DNA of 63,951 nt, filler included, from 8 parts of 8 records of this genome joined end to end with filler, not necessarily neighbours in it, one strand, 5' to 3'. Shown: positions 29,049-40,132, numbered from the whole stretch's first letter. The notes: generated by a model not told the origin, from the letters alone. Numbers and translations: made by a program.

Positions 29049-30833
29049 TCAGAACGGCCAGACCACGGGCAATAGCGGAACCGCCACTGCAATAATGAGA
29101 AGGTCGAGCGGCAGGCCGACCCGCCAGTAATCCCCGAACCTGTATCCGGCAGGCCCCATCACCAGCAGATTGTTCTGGTGCCCGATCGGCGTCAGGAAGG
29201 CGCTGGAAGAACCGATCGCCACGGCCATCAGCAGCGGGTCCGGGTTCACCGAAAGCTGCTCCGAGATGCCGAGCGCGACGGGCGCCATGACCAGTGCCGT
29301 CGCCGCGTTGTTCATCATGTCCGTGAGGAACATGGTCAGCATCAGCAAGAGCGCCAGCACGAGATAAAGCGAGACATCGGCCACCGCGCCTGCCAGCGCA
29401 CCGGCGATAATGCCTGCCGCCCCGGTTTCATGCATGGCCGTGCCGACGGGTATCATCGCCCCCAGCAGAACGACGATCTGCCAGTCGATGGCGTCATAGA
29501 CCTCCGCCATGGAAATATTGTCCGTCAGCACCATGGCCGCGAGACCGCCCGCAAGCGTCACCGCCGCCGGAACGATGCCGACACTGGCGGCAACGATGGC
29601 GGCCAGGAACAGCAGCGCGGGAACAAGGATCTTCGGACGCTCCAGGCTCATCCGGCGCTGCGCCAGGGGCAGGCAGCCGAGGGAGGAGATGATGCCGTAA
29701 ATCTGGTCGCTGTCGCCCTGCAGCATCAGCACGTCGCCCGCCCGGAACCGCACGTCCCGCAGCCGTGTATTGATCGGCGCACCGCCACGGGCAACGCCCA
29801 GCAGGTTCAGCCCGTAGCGGGAGCGCAAGCGGAGCATGGCCGCGCTGCGGCCCTCGATCCAGGCACGCGGCGGCATCACCGCCTCGACCACGGAAAGCTC
29901 CGCATCTTCCGACATGTCGGACTTGATCGCGTCCAGCTCCTTGGCGTCGACCAGCTCAAGGCCCTTCTGCACCGCCGCCTCGATCTGTTCCGCCGAGCCG
30001 TGGGCCAGCAGAAGATCGCCTTCCATCAACGCCTCGCGGGTCAGCCGCCGGACCACCTGTTCATTGTCCCGCAGCAAGGCGAGCACGGTCGGACGGCCGG
30101 CATCCTCGTTCCGTTCGCCCAGCGCCTTGATGGTTTGCCCGATCAGCCGCGAATCGGCGGGAACCCTGAATTCCGTGACGTAGCTCGACAGCTCGAACAG
30201 GCGCTTTCCCTCGTCATTGCCGCGCCGGTTCGGCACCAGCCTGATGCCGATGAAAACCAGATAGATAATGCCCACAACGGCGACCGCGAGGCCGACCGGC
30301 AGGAAGTCGAACATCTGGAAGGCCTCGCCCGTTACCTTGTGGCGATAGTCGGCAATGATGATGTTCGGCGGCGTGCCGATCAGGGTGATCATGCCGCCCA
30401 GCAGCGAGGCGAAGGACAGCGGCATCAGCAGCCGTGAGGGCGAAAGCCCGGCCTTGCGCGCGACCGACAGGGTGATCGGCATCAGCAGCGCCAGGGCGCC
30501 GACATTGTTCATCACGCTGGACATCAGCCCGGCGAGGCCGATCAGCGAGAAGGTTTTCGCCCGGTCCGATTTCGTGCGCTGGGCGATGCGCTCCGCGATC
30601 ACACCGACCGCGCCGGACCGGGTCAGCGCCGCCGACATGCCAAGCACGGCCACCACCGTGATCACGGCGGGATGGCCGAAACCGGAAAACGCCGTGAACG
30701 GATCGACGACGCCTGCCGCCACCGACAGCAGCAGCGCCAGCATGGCGACGAGGTCGATCCTGTACCGCCCCCAGATGAAGGCCGCGAGGGCGCCAACGAT
30801 AATGGCGAGGATGGCAATCTGTTCAAATGTCAT
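29049..30833 (-). CDS. SLC13/DASS permease with TrkA-C domains
   Basis: GFGHPAVITV, MNNVGA, TLIGTPPNII, two soluble TrkA-C domains, FLTPIGHQNNLLV. Confidence 0.92.
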   Translation of the reverse strand: MTFEQIAILAIIVGALAAFIWGRYRIDLVAMLALLLSVAAGVVDPFTAFSGFGHPAVITVVAVLGMSAALTRSGAVGVIAERIAQRTKSDRAKTFSLIGLAGLMSSVMNNVGALALLMPITLSVARKAGLSPSRLLMPLSFASLLGGMITLIGTPPNIIIADYRHKVTGEAFQMFDFLPVGLAVAVVGIIYLVFIGIRLVPNRRGNDEGKRLFELSSYVTEFRVPADSRLIGQTIKALGERNEDAGRPTVLALLRDNEQVVRRLTREALMEGDLLLAHGSAEQIEAAVQKGLELVDAKELDAIKSDMSEDAELSVVEAVMPPRAWIEGRSAAMLRLRSRYGLNLLGVARGGAPINTRLRDVRFRAGDVLMLQGDSDQIYGIISSLGCLPLAQRRMSLERPKILVPALLFLAAIVAASVGIVPAAVTLAGGLAAMVLTDNISMAEVYDAIDWQIVVLLGAMIPVGTAMHETGAAGIIAGALAGAVADVSLYLVLALLLMLTMFLTDMMNNAATALVMAPVALGISEQLSVNPDPLLMAVAIGSSSAFLTPIGHQNNLLVMGPAGYRFGDYWRVGLPLDLLIIAVAVPLLPVVWPF

Positions 30834-30911
30834 TGCCGAGCTATAGCGTCCCCACGCGCTGTGCGGAAGCGGATTCAGGGTCCATGCCGGGGCCGGCGGA
30901 TCAATAAACGG

Positions 30912-31790
30912 TCAGCCGCGCCGCTGTGCCAGAACCGTCAGACCGATCCCCACGGCAATGACCAGCGCCCCGGCCCAGGTCTCGAGGCTGTAGCGCTCAT
31001 CAAGGAAGAACGTCGCGATGACCAGACCGACGCTGGCGGCGACATAGCCGATCTGGCTCAGCAGCACCGGCCCGCCGAGATGCTGCAAGCGGAAGAACAG
31101 CGGGAAGGTCGCCGCCGCCGCCACCGCCTGCAACAATGCGGGGCCGGGAACGGCGGCCAGGGAGGCAAAAGGCACACTCCCCTCCACCAGAAACAGCAAT
31201 GCGACGAAAGCGATGATGGCGGCGCCATGGCTCCAGAAAGCCAGCGCGTCGGGGGAGGTGTTTTCCGGCCAGGCCATGGTCCGGTAGACATTGCCGACGG
31301 CAAGCGCGACCGGCACCGCGAAGCCCGCCACGATCCAGAACAGATCCGGCGCATCCGGTGCGGCGCCTCTGGTCAGGCTGACAATCGCCGCCCCGGCCAG
31401 CCCCACCGCGATCCCGGCAAGGCCGAGCCGGTTCGGTGTCTTGAGGCCGAGCAGGGCCGAGAAGGCCAGCGTGAAGACCGGCGACTGGGCGAACATCAGC
31501 CCCATATAGCCCGCGCCCGCATGCGGAATGACGGCAAACAGAATGACATTCGGGATCACATAGGAGACCAGCCCCGCAATCACCGAAAAGCGCGCCAGCG
31601 CCCGGTCCGGCCGCTTGAGACCGCGCCGCATGACGAGCACGGGCAGCATCAGCGCGGCGACCCCGACAGACGGGATCATGGCCCAGAGGATGGGGGAGAT
31701 ACCGGCATCCCCGGCAATCTTCCCAAGCGGGAAATTCACACCGATCAGGGCGCCGGTCATGATCAGCAGCAGGGACGGGTTCGCGAACAT
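30912..31790 (-). CDS. DMT/EamA-family transporter
   Basis: Highly hydrophobic 292-aa ORF; GPVLLSQIGYV and FFLDERY. Confidence 0.85.
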   Translation of the reverse strand: MFANPSLLLIMTGALIGVNFPLGKIAGDAGISPILWAMIPSVGVAALMLPVLVMRRGLKRPDRALARFSVIAGLVSYVIPNVILFAVIPHAGAGYMGLMFAQSPVFTLAFSALLGLKTPNRLGLAGIAVGLAGAAIVSLTRGAAPDAPDLFWIVAGFAVPVALAVGNVYRTMAWPENTSPDALAFWSHGAAIIAFVALLFLVEGSVPFASLAAVPGPALLQAVAAAATFPLFFRLQHLGGPVLLSQIGYVAASVGLVIATFFLDERYSLETWAGALVIAVGIGLTVLAQRRG

Positions 31791-31850
31791 CGCCCCTGCA
31801 TCGGCCCTCCCGCCCCTCCGGTCAAGAGGCTGGCGTGGAAAAAGCCCTGT

Positions 31851-32514
<664 letters not shown>

Positions 32515-32614
32515 NNNNNNNNNNNNNNNNNNNNNNNNNNNNNNNNNNNNNNNNNNNNTTAATTAATTAANNNNNNNNNNNNNNNNNNNNNNNNNNNNNN
32601 NNNNNNNNNNNNNN

Positions 32615-32767
32615 GTTCAACAGCGTGGCGCTGCCATCGTCGGCCAGCGACACCATCTGTGCGGTGTCGGGCACGAAGCCCAGCGCCGCGCCGCAGGACA
32701 TGCAGGCGGTGTTTTCGAAATAGACCGGGTTGTTGCAGGTGCCGCATGTGAAGATCTTCACAGGCAT
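32615..32767 (-). CDS. Zinc-ribbon N-terminus of a putative zinc-binding metallopeptidase (3' truncated)
   Basis: KIFTCGTCNNPVYFENTACMSCGAALGFVP contains two CxxC pairs. Confidence 0.75.
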
Positions 32768-32855
32768 ATTCCATTCGGGAACAGGGGTGAGGCGCGCCGC
32801 CCGGCCCCCCACCGCAGCGTATGCGCAGTGTCAGGACCAGGGCGGCGCGATTCTG

Positions 32856-34007
32856 TCAGTTCCGGCCCATCATGTCGCGTGCAATGATCTGCTTCATGAT
32901 CTCCGCGCTGCCCCCCGCGATGCGGGACATGCGGCTGTCGGCCCAGGCGCGGGCAATCGGGTAATCCCACATGTACCCGGCACCACCATGCAGCTGCAGG
33001 CATTCGTCCAGCACACGGCACTGCATGTCGGTCGCGTTCATCTTCGCCATCGCGGCGTCGATCTCGCTCAACTCGCCCTTCAGATGCTGTTCGAGGCAGC
33101 GGTCGACAAAGACACGCAGCATCGATGCATGTGCCTGCAATTCCGCCAGCTTGAACTGCGTGTTCTGGAACTGGGAGATGGTGCGGCCAAACGCCTGGCG
33201 GTCCTTGGTATAGGTCACCGTCCAGTCGATCGCGGACTGTACCGTCTCGGCACCCTTCACGGCCTGGATCAGGCGTTCCTGCGGCAATTGGCTGACCAGC
33301 TGGATGAAGCCCTTGCCCTCTTCCGGACCAAGCAGGTTGCTGACCGGCACCCGCACATCGCTGAAGAACAGTTCCGACGTGTCCTGGGCATGCATGCCGA
33401 TCTTTTCCAGATTCCGTCCGCGTTCGAACCCGGCGCGGTCCCCTTCCACCAGGATCAGGCTGATGCCGCGCCAGCCCTCATTCGGGTCGGTCTTGCAGGC
33501 CACCACAACCAGATCGGCCAGCTGGCCGTTGGAGATGTAGATCTTCGAGCCATTGATGACATATTCATCGCCTTCCCGCTTGGCCGAGGTGCGGATGCCC
33601 TGCAGGTCGGAACCGGCACCCGGTTCCGTCATGGCGATGGCTCCGATGACTTCGCCCGTCGTCATCTTCGGCAGCCACTTCTTCTGCTGGTCCGCAGAAC
33701 CGTAGTGACGGATGTAGGGCGCGATGATGTCGGAATGCAGGGGGAAGTTCGGCCCCGTGGCCCCGACCTTGGCCAGTTCTTCCAGCACGATGGATGAATA
33801 GAGGAAGTCGGCACCAACCCCGCCCATTTCCTCCGGGATGTCACAGCAGAGCAGACCGGCCGCCCCAGCCTTCAGCCAGACCTCGCGCGAGACCTGGCCA
33901 TCCTTTTCCCACTGGCGGTGATGCGGCTCCACTTCCGTTTCCATGAAACGGCGGCAGGAATCGCGGAAAATCTCGTGGTCTTCGGTATAGACGGTACGTG
34001 GAATCAT
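32856..34007 (-). CDS. Acyl-CoA dehydrogenase (LCAD-like)
   Basis: IAMTEPGAGSDLQG, NGSKIYISNG, QDTSELFF, CLQLHGGAGY and IAGGSAEIMK. Confidence 0.95.
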   Translation of the reverse strand: MIPRTVYTEDHEIFRDSCRRFMETEVEPHHRQWEKDGQVSREVWLKAGAAGLLCCDIPEEMGGVGADFLYSSIVLEELAKVGATGPNFPLHSDIIAPYIRHYGSADQQKKWLPKMTTGEVIGAIAMTEPGAGSDLQGIRTSAKREGDEYVINGSKIYISNGQLADLVVVACKTDPNEGWRGISLILVEGDRAGFERGRNLEKIGMHAQDTSELFFSDVRVPVSNLLGPEEGKGFIQLVSQLPQERLIQAVKGAETVQSAIDWTVTYTKDRQAFGRTISQFQNTQFKLAELQAHASMLRVFVDRCLEQHLKGELSEIDAAMAKMNATDMQCRVLDECLQLHGGAGYMWDYPIARAWADSRMSRIAGGSAEIMKQIIARDMMGRN

Positions 34008-34010
34008 GGC

Positions 34011-34805
34011 TCAGACCCCCTTGAATGTCGGTGTGCGCTTTTCAACGAAGGCCTTCGTGGCCTCCTTGTGGTCCTGGGTTTCACCGGACAGCGTGTGATG
34101 CATCGCTTCCATGTCGAAGCAGCGGGCCAGGGATTCGGTCATGGCCGCGTTCATGTTTCGCTTCATGTAGGACAGGGCGATCTTCGGGCCGTTGGCGATC
34201 TTGTGCGCCAGCGCCATGGTCTCGGCTTCCAGTTCCGCATCCGCGACGACGCGGTTCACGATACCCAGTCCGTGCGCCTGTTCGGCGTTCAGCTTGTCGG
34301 CGGTATAATAGAGTTCGCGCGCCTTTGCGGTGCCGACCAGGTGGGTCAGGAAATAGCTGCCGCCAAAGTCCCCCGAATAGCCGACGTTACCGAACGCCGT
34401 GGTGAATTTCAGCGTGTCCGACGCCACCCGCATGTCACAGGAAAGGGCGATGGACATGCCGGCACCGGCAACAGGCCCGCGCACCATCGCAATGGTCGGC
34501 TTGGCCATTTCATGCAACAGGCGCGACACTTCCATGCCGCCGCGCAGCTTCAGCACCTTGGCCTCCACCGTGTTGTCGGCGAATTCCCGGCCCGCAGCCA
34601 TGGATTTCACGTCACCACCGGCGCAGAATCCGCGGCCCGCACCCGTTATGACAACACAGCCGATGCTGCGGTCATTGGCCAGGCGATGGCAGTTCTCGAC
34701 CAGCGCCTCCAGCATTTCGCCGCTCAGGGCATTCAGCCGGTCAGGCCGGTTCATGGTCAGAACGGCAACGCCGTCCGCTTCTTTCACCAGCAGGTGATCC
34801 GTCAT
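34011..34805 (-). CDS. Enoyl-CoA hydratase/isomerase
   Basis: NRPDRLNAL, TGAGRGFCAGGD, KPTIAMVRGPVAGAG and AFVEKR. Confidence 0.93.
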   Translation of the reverse strand: MTDHLLVKEADGVAVLTMNRPDRLNALSGEMLEALVENCHRLANDRSIGCVVITGAGRGFCAGGDVKSMAAGREFADNTVEAKVLKLRGGMEVSRLLHEMAKPTIAMVRGPVAGAGMSIALSCDMRVASDTLKFTTAFGNVGYSGDFGGSYFLTHLVGTAKARELYYTADKLNAEQAHGLGIVNRVVADAELEAETMALAHKIANGPKIALSYMKRNMNAAMTESLARCFDMEAMHHTLSGETQDHKEATKAFVEKRTPTFKGV

Positions 34806-34968
34806 GGCATGTTTCCTCCCCGGAAGTGCCGTGGGTACGATGTCGACCGTGCCGCCCCTCTCCCCCTCCCGCTCACCCATTTCAGGTCACTTGCGCGGGT
34901 GGCCGGTCAAATGTGCCTTACCGGCACATGAACAGGGAGCGGGGGCGGCTCGGTCAGACAACAGTTGC

Positions 34969-35742
34969 TCAGATCAGGTTACAGCGCACCTGCATCAGCG
35001 TGAAGCCATCGGCGTCATGGGTCAGCCCATGCGCTTTCGCGCGGCTGAGCGCCTCCGCCTTGTCGGTCATGCGGAAATCGATCTGCGAAATGCCGGGCAG
35101 CATGTCCCTGGCCGTTTCACGGAAACGGATGATGCCACCATCCGCACAGGGCATGTCGAAGCCGTCAGTTACAGCCATCACCGGCGCATCCAGCAGCGAT
35201 GACCAGTTGGCCGCCTGTCGCGCCGGATCCGGGTTCACCAGTTCCATGCCCACCATGGCTTCCGTCACGCCAGCCCGCACGTGGCTCAGCCAGTCCGGGC
35301 CGCCCCAGCGCCAATAGCTCCATTCCTCCGACGGATCAGGTGATTCAACGAAGGAATCAACTGACAGTATGACCCCGCCCAGATCGACCGGGTGAAAATG
35401 GGTCGCCACCGCGCCGTCCTCGTTATTCTCCCAGACCGCCCGGATACCCAGCTTTGCTGCCCGTTCACGTGCGCCTGTGCCGTCCGCCACATGCAGCAGC
35501 ACCATGTAACCGGCATCACCGCCGCGCCGGGCCATGAAACGCCCGGCAGCCGTGTCGGTCTGGCCCTCCACTGGCGCCACGATCTCCAGGAAGTTGTCGC
35601 CCACGGGGATGACACCATTGTGCAGGCCGAAGTGTCCGACGCCGGGATCACGGAAACCGACATCCAGCCCCAGTACATCCAGCAGAATCTCTTCCGACGG
35701 TTCCAGTTTTTCCGCAGCGAACGCGATCTGGCGCAGTTTCAT
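34969..35742 (-). CDS. VOC/glyoxalase-like protein
   Basis: MKLRQIA...RDPGVGHFGLHN...FLEIVAP...GDAGYMV. Confidence 0.75.
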   Translation of the reverse strand: MKLRQIAFAAEKLEPSEEILLDVLGLDVGFRDPGVGHFGLHNGVIPVGDNFLEIVAPVEGQTDTAAGRFMARRGGDAGYMVLLHVADGTGARERAAKLGIRAVWENNEDGAVATHFHPVDLGGVILSVDSFVESPDPSEEWSYWRWGGPDWLSHVRAGVTEAMVGMELVNPDPARQAANWSSLLDAPVMAVTDGFDMPCADGGIIRFRETARDMLPGISQIDFRMTDKAEALSRAKAHGLTHDADGFTLMQVRCNLI

Positions 35743-35996
35743 CTCGGTCTCTCCCCTTGGTCATTCAGCCCCTTTTCTTGCACGGGCCGCGCCGAAATGG
35801 AAACGGCGCCGATGGTTGCCCACCGACGCCGTTCCGTTTCCTGCCCTCGGAAGGACTGGTTTCCTGACGCCTTCAGCCCATGGCGGCCTTGACCGCNNNN
35901 NNNNNNNNNNNNNNNNNNNNNNNNNNNNNNNNNNNNNNNNTTAATTAATTAANNNNNNNNNNNNNNNNNNNNNNNNNNNNNNNNNNNNNNNNNNNN

Positions 35997-36350
35997 CCCC
36001 GGCGTGCAAAAGCCGCATTGGCTGCCGTGATGGTCCACCATGGCCTGCTGAACCGGGTGCAGACGCCCCTCTGGCCCGGACAGATACTCCACGCTGACCA
36101 CATGGCAGCCGTTGAGCGAGGCAAGAAACCGGATACAGGCGTTGACGGTCTCATAATGCAATTTGCCGTCCTGCAAGCGCCCCACCAGTACGGTGCAGGC
36201 CCCACAGTCGCCCTCGGCGCAGCCTTCCTTTGTGCCGGTCAGGCGGCGTTCGATCCGCAGGAAATCCAGCAGCGTCCGGGTTGCGGGCACGTCGCGGGCG
36301 ATGATCTCCTGACCGTTCAGGAGAAATCGGATGTCGGTCTGCTGGTCCAT
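35997..36350 (-). CDS. xdhA: Xanthine dehydrogenase small subunit (3' truncated)
   Basis: LTGTKEGCAEGDCGACTV and HGSQCGFCTPG 2Fe-2S motifs. Confidence 0.92.
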
Positions 36351-36434
36351 CTTGGCTCCGCTCTGGCTGTGGAAGGGGTGAGACAACGCTACTCTTGCTC
36401 ACTGAGTCGAAAAACGGCGCGTGTTGGGAAATAC

Positions 36435-36453
36435 TTTCAACGATGCGTTGAAA
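36435..36453. promoter_or_regulatory. Inverted repeat TTTCAACG-ATG-CGTTGAAA, candidate operator
   Basis: Perfect 8-bp arms in the divergent xdhA/LysR intergenic region. Confidence 0.55.
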
Positions 36454-36502
36454 ATAGTAGACTGGTCTGGTCGTCTGTTCCGGGCGTCGCGGAGGACGGA
36501 AC

Positions 36503-37429
36503 ATGGCCTATCTTGAGAGTTTGCGGGTTTTTGTCCGCGTTGTGGAACTGGGCAGCATCACCTCTGGCGGGCGTGACCAGCGCCTGACCCCCGCTGTCGC
36601 CAGTAAGCGCATCAAGGAGTTGGAGCAGCGGTTGGGCGTGCGGCTGTTCAACCGCACAACCCGGTCGTTAACGCCGACCGAGGTGGGTAAGCAGTTCTAC
36701 GAAGAAGCGCGGCGCGTGCTGGAGACGGTTGATGAGGCAGAGGCCGTTGTGGCGCGATTTTCCGAGGCCCCGCGCGGCACAATCAGCCTGACCGCGCCGC
36801 TTGGCGTCGGGCGGCGCATCATCGCGCCATTGGTGCCGGAGTTTGTTGACCTGCATCCTGATATCCGCATCCGGATGCGGATGTCCGACCGCAAGGTGGA
36901 TATTCTGGCTGATGGCATGGATCTTGCGCTGTTTGTCGGAACGCCGCACGACTCCAGCCTGAAACTGCGCAAGTTCGCTGATTGTCCGCGGGTGTTGTGT
37001 GCCGCACCCGCCTATCTGGACCGTGTCGGCGTGCCGCAATTCCCCGAGGATCTGTTACGCGGGCATAACTGTTTGTTGCTGCGCTATCCGCGCTCGCCGG
37101 AGTATTTCTGGCTGCTCGACACCCCGGACGGGCAACGTAAATTCGAGGTGTCGGGGAAGTATGATGCCGATGACAGCGACGTGCTGACGGGGTGGGCGCT
37201 GGCAGGCGCGGGGATTGCCAACAAGCCGCTGTTTGACGTGGCGGATCATCTGGAGGCCGGGCGGTTGGTCGAGGTTCTGCCGCAGGCGCGGCCGGTGCCG
37301 TCGATCTTTGGCTGCCTCTATCCGCACCGAAAACTGCAAGATCCAAAAATACGGTTGTTTGTGGACTTTGTCGCGGATCGCGCGGTGGCTGCCATGAAAC
37401 AGGGGGCGGCGGTACGGACCCCGGATTGA
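36503..37429 (+). CDS. LysR-family regulator divergent from xdhA
   Basis: FVRVVELGS...SKRIKELEQRLGVRLFNRTTRSL HTH; GGAGG RBS. Confidence 0.94.
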   Translation: MAYLESLRVFVRVVELGSITSGGRDQRLTPAVASKRIKELEQRLGVRLFNRTTRSLTPTEVGKQFYEEARRVLETVDEAEAVVARFSEAPRGTISLTAPLGVGRRIIAPLVPEFVDLHPDIRIRMRMSDRKVDILADGMDLALFVGTPHDSSLKLRKFADCPRVLCAAPAYLDRVGVPQFPEDLLRGHNCLLLRYPRSPEYFWLLDTPDGQRKFEVSGKYDADDSDVLTGWALAGAGIANKPLFDVADHLEAGRLVEVLPQARPVPSIFGCLYPHRKLQDPKIRLFVDFVADRAVAAMKQGAAVRTPD

Positions 37430-37785
37430 TTGCGCCCTGCTCGGCGAGCAGGGGGCGTGCCGTCATGCGCCCTCGCCTCCCACCCCAAGGCGAACGTTGC
37501 CCTTGATCCTTTGTGTCCCCCAAAAGACGTCCTGCGCGACAATAGGGGCAAGCAGCCGCACCACCCGCCAACCTGCTTTGGGTGCCGGATCATTTATGGC
37601 AATAAAAAGATATTCTTTGACCAGTCTGTGGAGCGGCCTATATTTACAGCTTCATTTTCGTTTGATGCTTCAGAAATACCGGGAGCGGTCTCTGGCGACA
37701 CGCCTAACTATTCGTAAAAAACATTCGGCGTTGGGCGCGCATTAAGGTGCGCCGAGCCAGACAGGGTTTCCCAAGGAGGACTACA

Positions 37786-38247
37786 GTGCCGGAACGCGGC
37801 CAACAAATCGCCGCCCTGCCCATGCGGCGGGACGCCAAGGATGAAGTCAAAGTGCTGATGGTCACCTCGCGCGATACGGGGCGATGGGTCATGCCCAAAG
37901 GCTGGCAGATGGACGGTAAGAAGCCCTGGCGCGCCGCCGAAATCGAGGCGCTCGAAGAGGCCGGAGCCAAGGGGCATATCGGTAACGAGAGGATCGGCAC
38001 CTATCGCTATGGCAAGGTGCTGGACGACGGACAGGTGGTCCCTTGTCTGGTTGAGGTCTATCCGATGTTTGTCGACCGACTATTGCGCGACTGGAAAGAG
38101 CGTAAAGAGCGTAAGCGCAAGTGGTTCACACCCAAGGCGGCGGCGCAACGTGTGGACGAACCGGATCTGGCGGAATTGCTGCAAAGCCTGCACAAGAACC
38201 CGCACAAGGTGCCGGCCATCCGAAAGCTGATCGACCAAATGGCCTGA
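37786..38247 (+). CDS. NUDIX hydrolase (DIPP/Aps1-like)
   Basis: VLMVTSRDTGRWVMPKGW...AAEIEALEEAG. GTG start after AGGAGG. Confidence 0.9.
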   Translation: MPERGQQIAALPMRRDAKDEVKVLMVTSRDTGRWVMPKGWQMDGKKPWRAAEIEALEEAGAKGHIGNERIGTYRYGKVLDDGQVVPCLVEVYPMFVDRLLRDWKERKERKRKWFTPKAAAQRVDEPDLAELLQSLHKNPHKVPAIRKLIDQMA

Positions 38248-38301
38248 TCGGCGTCCGGTTCAGTCCGCACGCCTTATCCTGTCTCCCGGTTACTCCACCA
38301 A

Positions 38302-39642
38302 TCAATCCACTGGCAGACCGCTGGGCACGCTGTCAGGCCGCCCCAGCGGGCGTGTTTCAGCGGTCTCTCCGGTCAACGCGTTCAGGAACGCCTCTAGCGC
38401 GTCGATGTCGCTGTCGACCATCTCGACCGGAGCGATGTCCAAATAGGCAATCTGATCCGCCAATTCGTCACCGAAACTCATCAGGCGAAAATCATGCTCG
38501 TTCAGCCAGTCCACATCGGGCAGCCGTGCCATGCCGGGAGTCCATTCCTCGCGCGCGGTGATCGGATCACACATGTGTCGGATCATGTCGCGTAGCTTGG
38601 GATAGGCACCGTTGTGACCATAGGGTGCGCTGAGCGCGACGTTGCGCAGGCTGGGTGTGCGGAACTTGTAGGCGTCGTCGGGGTTGCGCGTGGTTTCCAT
38701 GCGGCCAAGGTCACGCGGTATCGTATCGCCGTCGAATGGGCGGCCCGGCCCGAATTGCGGCACGCCCACGGCATGAAACGCCTGATCCGAAAATAGGGGT
38801 CCGCTGTGGCACCCGGCGCACCCTGCGTCCCCAAAAAAGAGCTGCCGCCCCTGTTCCGCCTGCGGCGAAAGCGGTTCGCCCAATGTCAGCCATTTGTCAT
38901 AGGGGCTGTCGTGGTTCTGCCATTCGGTGCCGATAAAGGCGGCTAAGGCATTCACGATCTCCACTATGGTGATGTCCTCCACGGACTGCACGTCGGGAAA
39001 GGCGCGCATGAACTGTTCTTGGTATTCGGGCACATTGCGGACTCGATCGGCCACCATGGCCCACCCCAGATCGATACGCGTCGCAAACGCCGCGGCAACG
39101 GGGTTTTCATCTGGCGCGCCTGCCATCTCTGTTGCCGAACTCATCGGAAAAAGCGCCTGTGCCGCAAGGATCGAATTGAGCCCCTCGGGGGTGTGGACCC
39201 CGGCGGGGGTCCTGAACCGGGTGCCGCTGTCATCTGCCATCTCGACCCGCCCGTCATGGAACATCTGACGCACGCCGGTATGGCCGAGGTTCCACAATGC
39301 GGGCGCGTTGCGCGGTACCCGTTCAGCTATCCGGGTCAGGCCATCGCCGGGGGTGCGATCTGCGCCAAGCCCGGCCCCGCCTTCGCCGATGCCAAGGCTA
39401 ACGCCATCCGCCCCATGCAGCGAATGATGGTGGCAGGTGGCGCAGCTGATGTTCTGGTTGCCTGACAGGATTTTGTCATAAAACAGTAGTTGGCCCAACT
39501 GCGCCTGATGCCGGTCGAAGGTCAGGTAGTCCGCTGGCCGGATCGCGTCGGCCTGTGCGACGACCGGAAACAACGTCAAGAGGGCTGCGGAAACGGCCCG
39601 CAAGGACCGGAGAAAGGGAGACGTGCGAAAAATGGGAAACAT
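38302..39642 (-). CDS. Di-heme cytochrome c peroxidase / MauG family protein
   Basis: Signal peptide, heme motifs CATCH and CAGCH, PRNAPALWN and FRTPSLRNVALSAPYGHNG. Confidence 0.92.
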   Translation of the reverse strand: MFPIFRTSPFLRSLRAVSAALLTLFPVVAQADAIRPADYLTFDRHQAQLGQLLFYDKILSGNQNISCATCHHHSLHGADGVSLGIGEGGAGLGADRTPGDGLTRIAERVPRNAPALWNLGHTGVRQMFHDGRVEMADDSGTRFRTPAGVHTPEGLNSILAAQALFPMSSATEMAGAPDENPVAAAFATRIDLGWAMVADRVRNVPEYQEQFMRAFPDVQSVEDITIVEIVNALAAFIGTEWQNHDSPYDKWLTLGEPLSPQAEQGRQLFFGDAGCAGCHSGPLFSDQAFHAVGVPQFGPGRPFDGDTIPRDLGRMETTRNPDDAYKFRTPSLRNVALSAPYGHNGAYPKLRDMIRHMCDPITAREEWTPGMARLPDVDWLNEHDFRLMSFGDELADQIAYLDIAPVEMVDSDIDALEAFLNALTGETAETRPLGRPDSVPSGLPVD

Positions 39643-39849
39643 GCCAAACCTGTTCTGAAATGTCGGAACTTAGTGGATAACAAAAGTGTGATCATTCTGC
39701 GGCGGCTTGGCAAGTTTTGGAAATGACTGGATGACGCAGAGCTTCATTTGTCTGGTGAAATCAACAGGTTTCTCCTTCGGGAAATGCGTCCACAAGGCAA
39801 TGTTTGGCCAATTCGGCCTTCGCTGGCGCGACTCGGCGGACGGTAGCGT

Positions 39850-40132
39850 CATCCGCAACACCGCTGCGGGCGAAACTTTTGCGTACCTAAAAATGCGGGG
39901 TTCCCATGACGTGTATAGCGAAACGGCCTGCGGCCATGAAAAACGGATAGCGCGTCATCGACTTTGCCGGGGTCTAAAGGACAAGGGGTGGGGCCAGCGA
40001 GACGCTGGACAAGCTGTTGGCGGTGATGCCTGACGGTCCGGTGGGTTTCATGCAGGTGACCTCTGCAATACCTGCGCAGATACGACCCAATGCATCGCGA
40101 AACGCGCGGCTGCCGGCCTGTGTTGGGGTCAT
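39850..40132 (-). pseudogene. Flavin reductase-like gene remnant
   Basis: MTPTQAGSRAFRDALGR...GITANSLSSVSLAPPLVL*TPAKSMTRYPFFMAAGRFAIHVMG...F*VRKSFARSG. In-frame TAG stops at 39974-39976 and 39887-39889; the C-terminal half is not recognisable. Confidence 0.8.

Noticed and set aside
39887..39976. Amber recoding (pyrrolysine or alternative genetic code)
   Set aside because: There are no pyl genes in view, the remnant is otherwise degraded, and neighbouring genes read normally in code 11.
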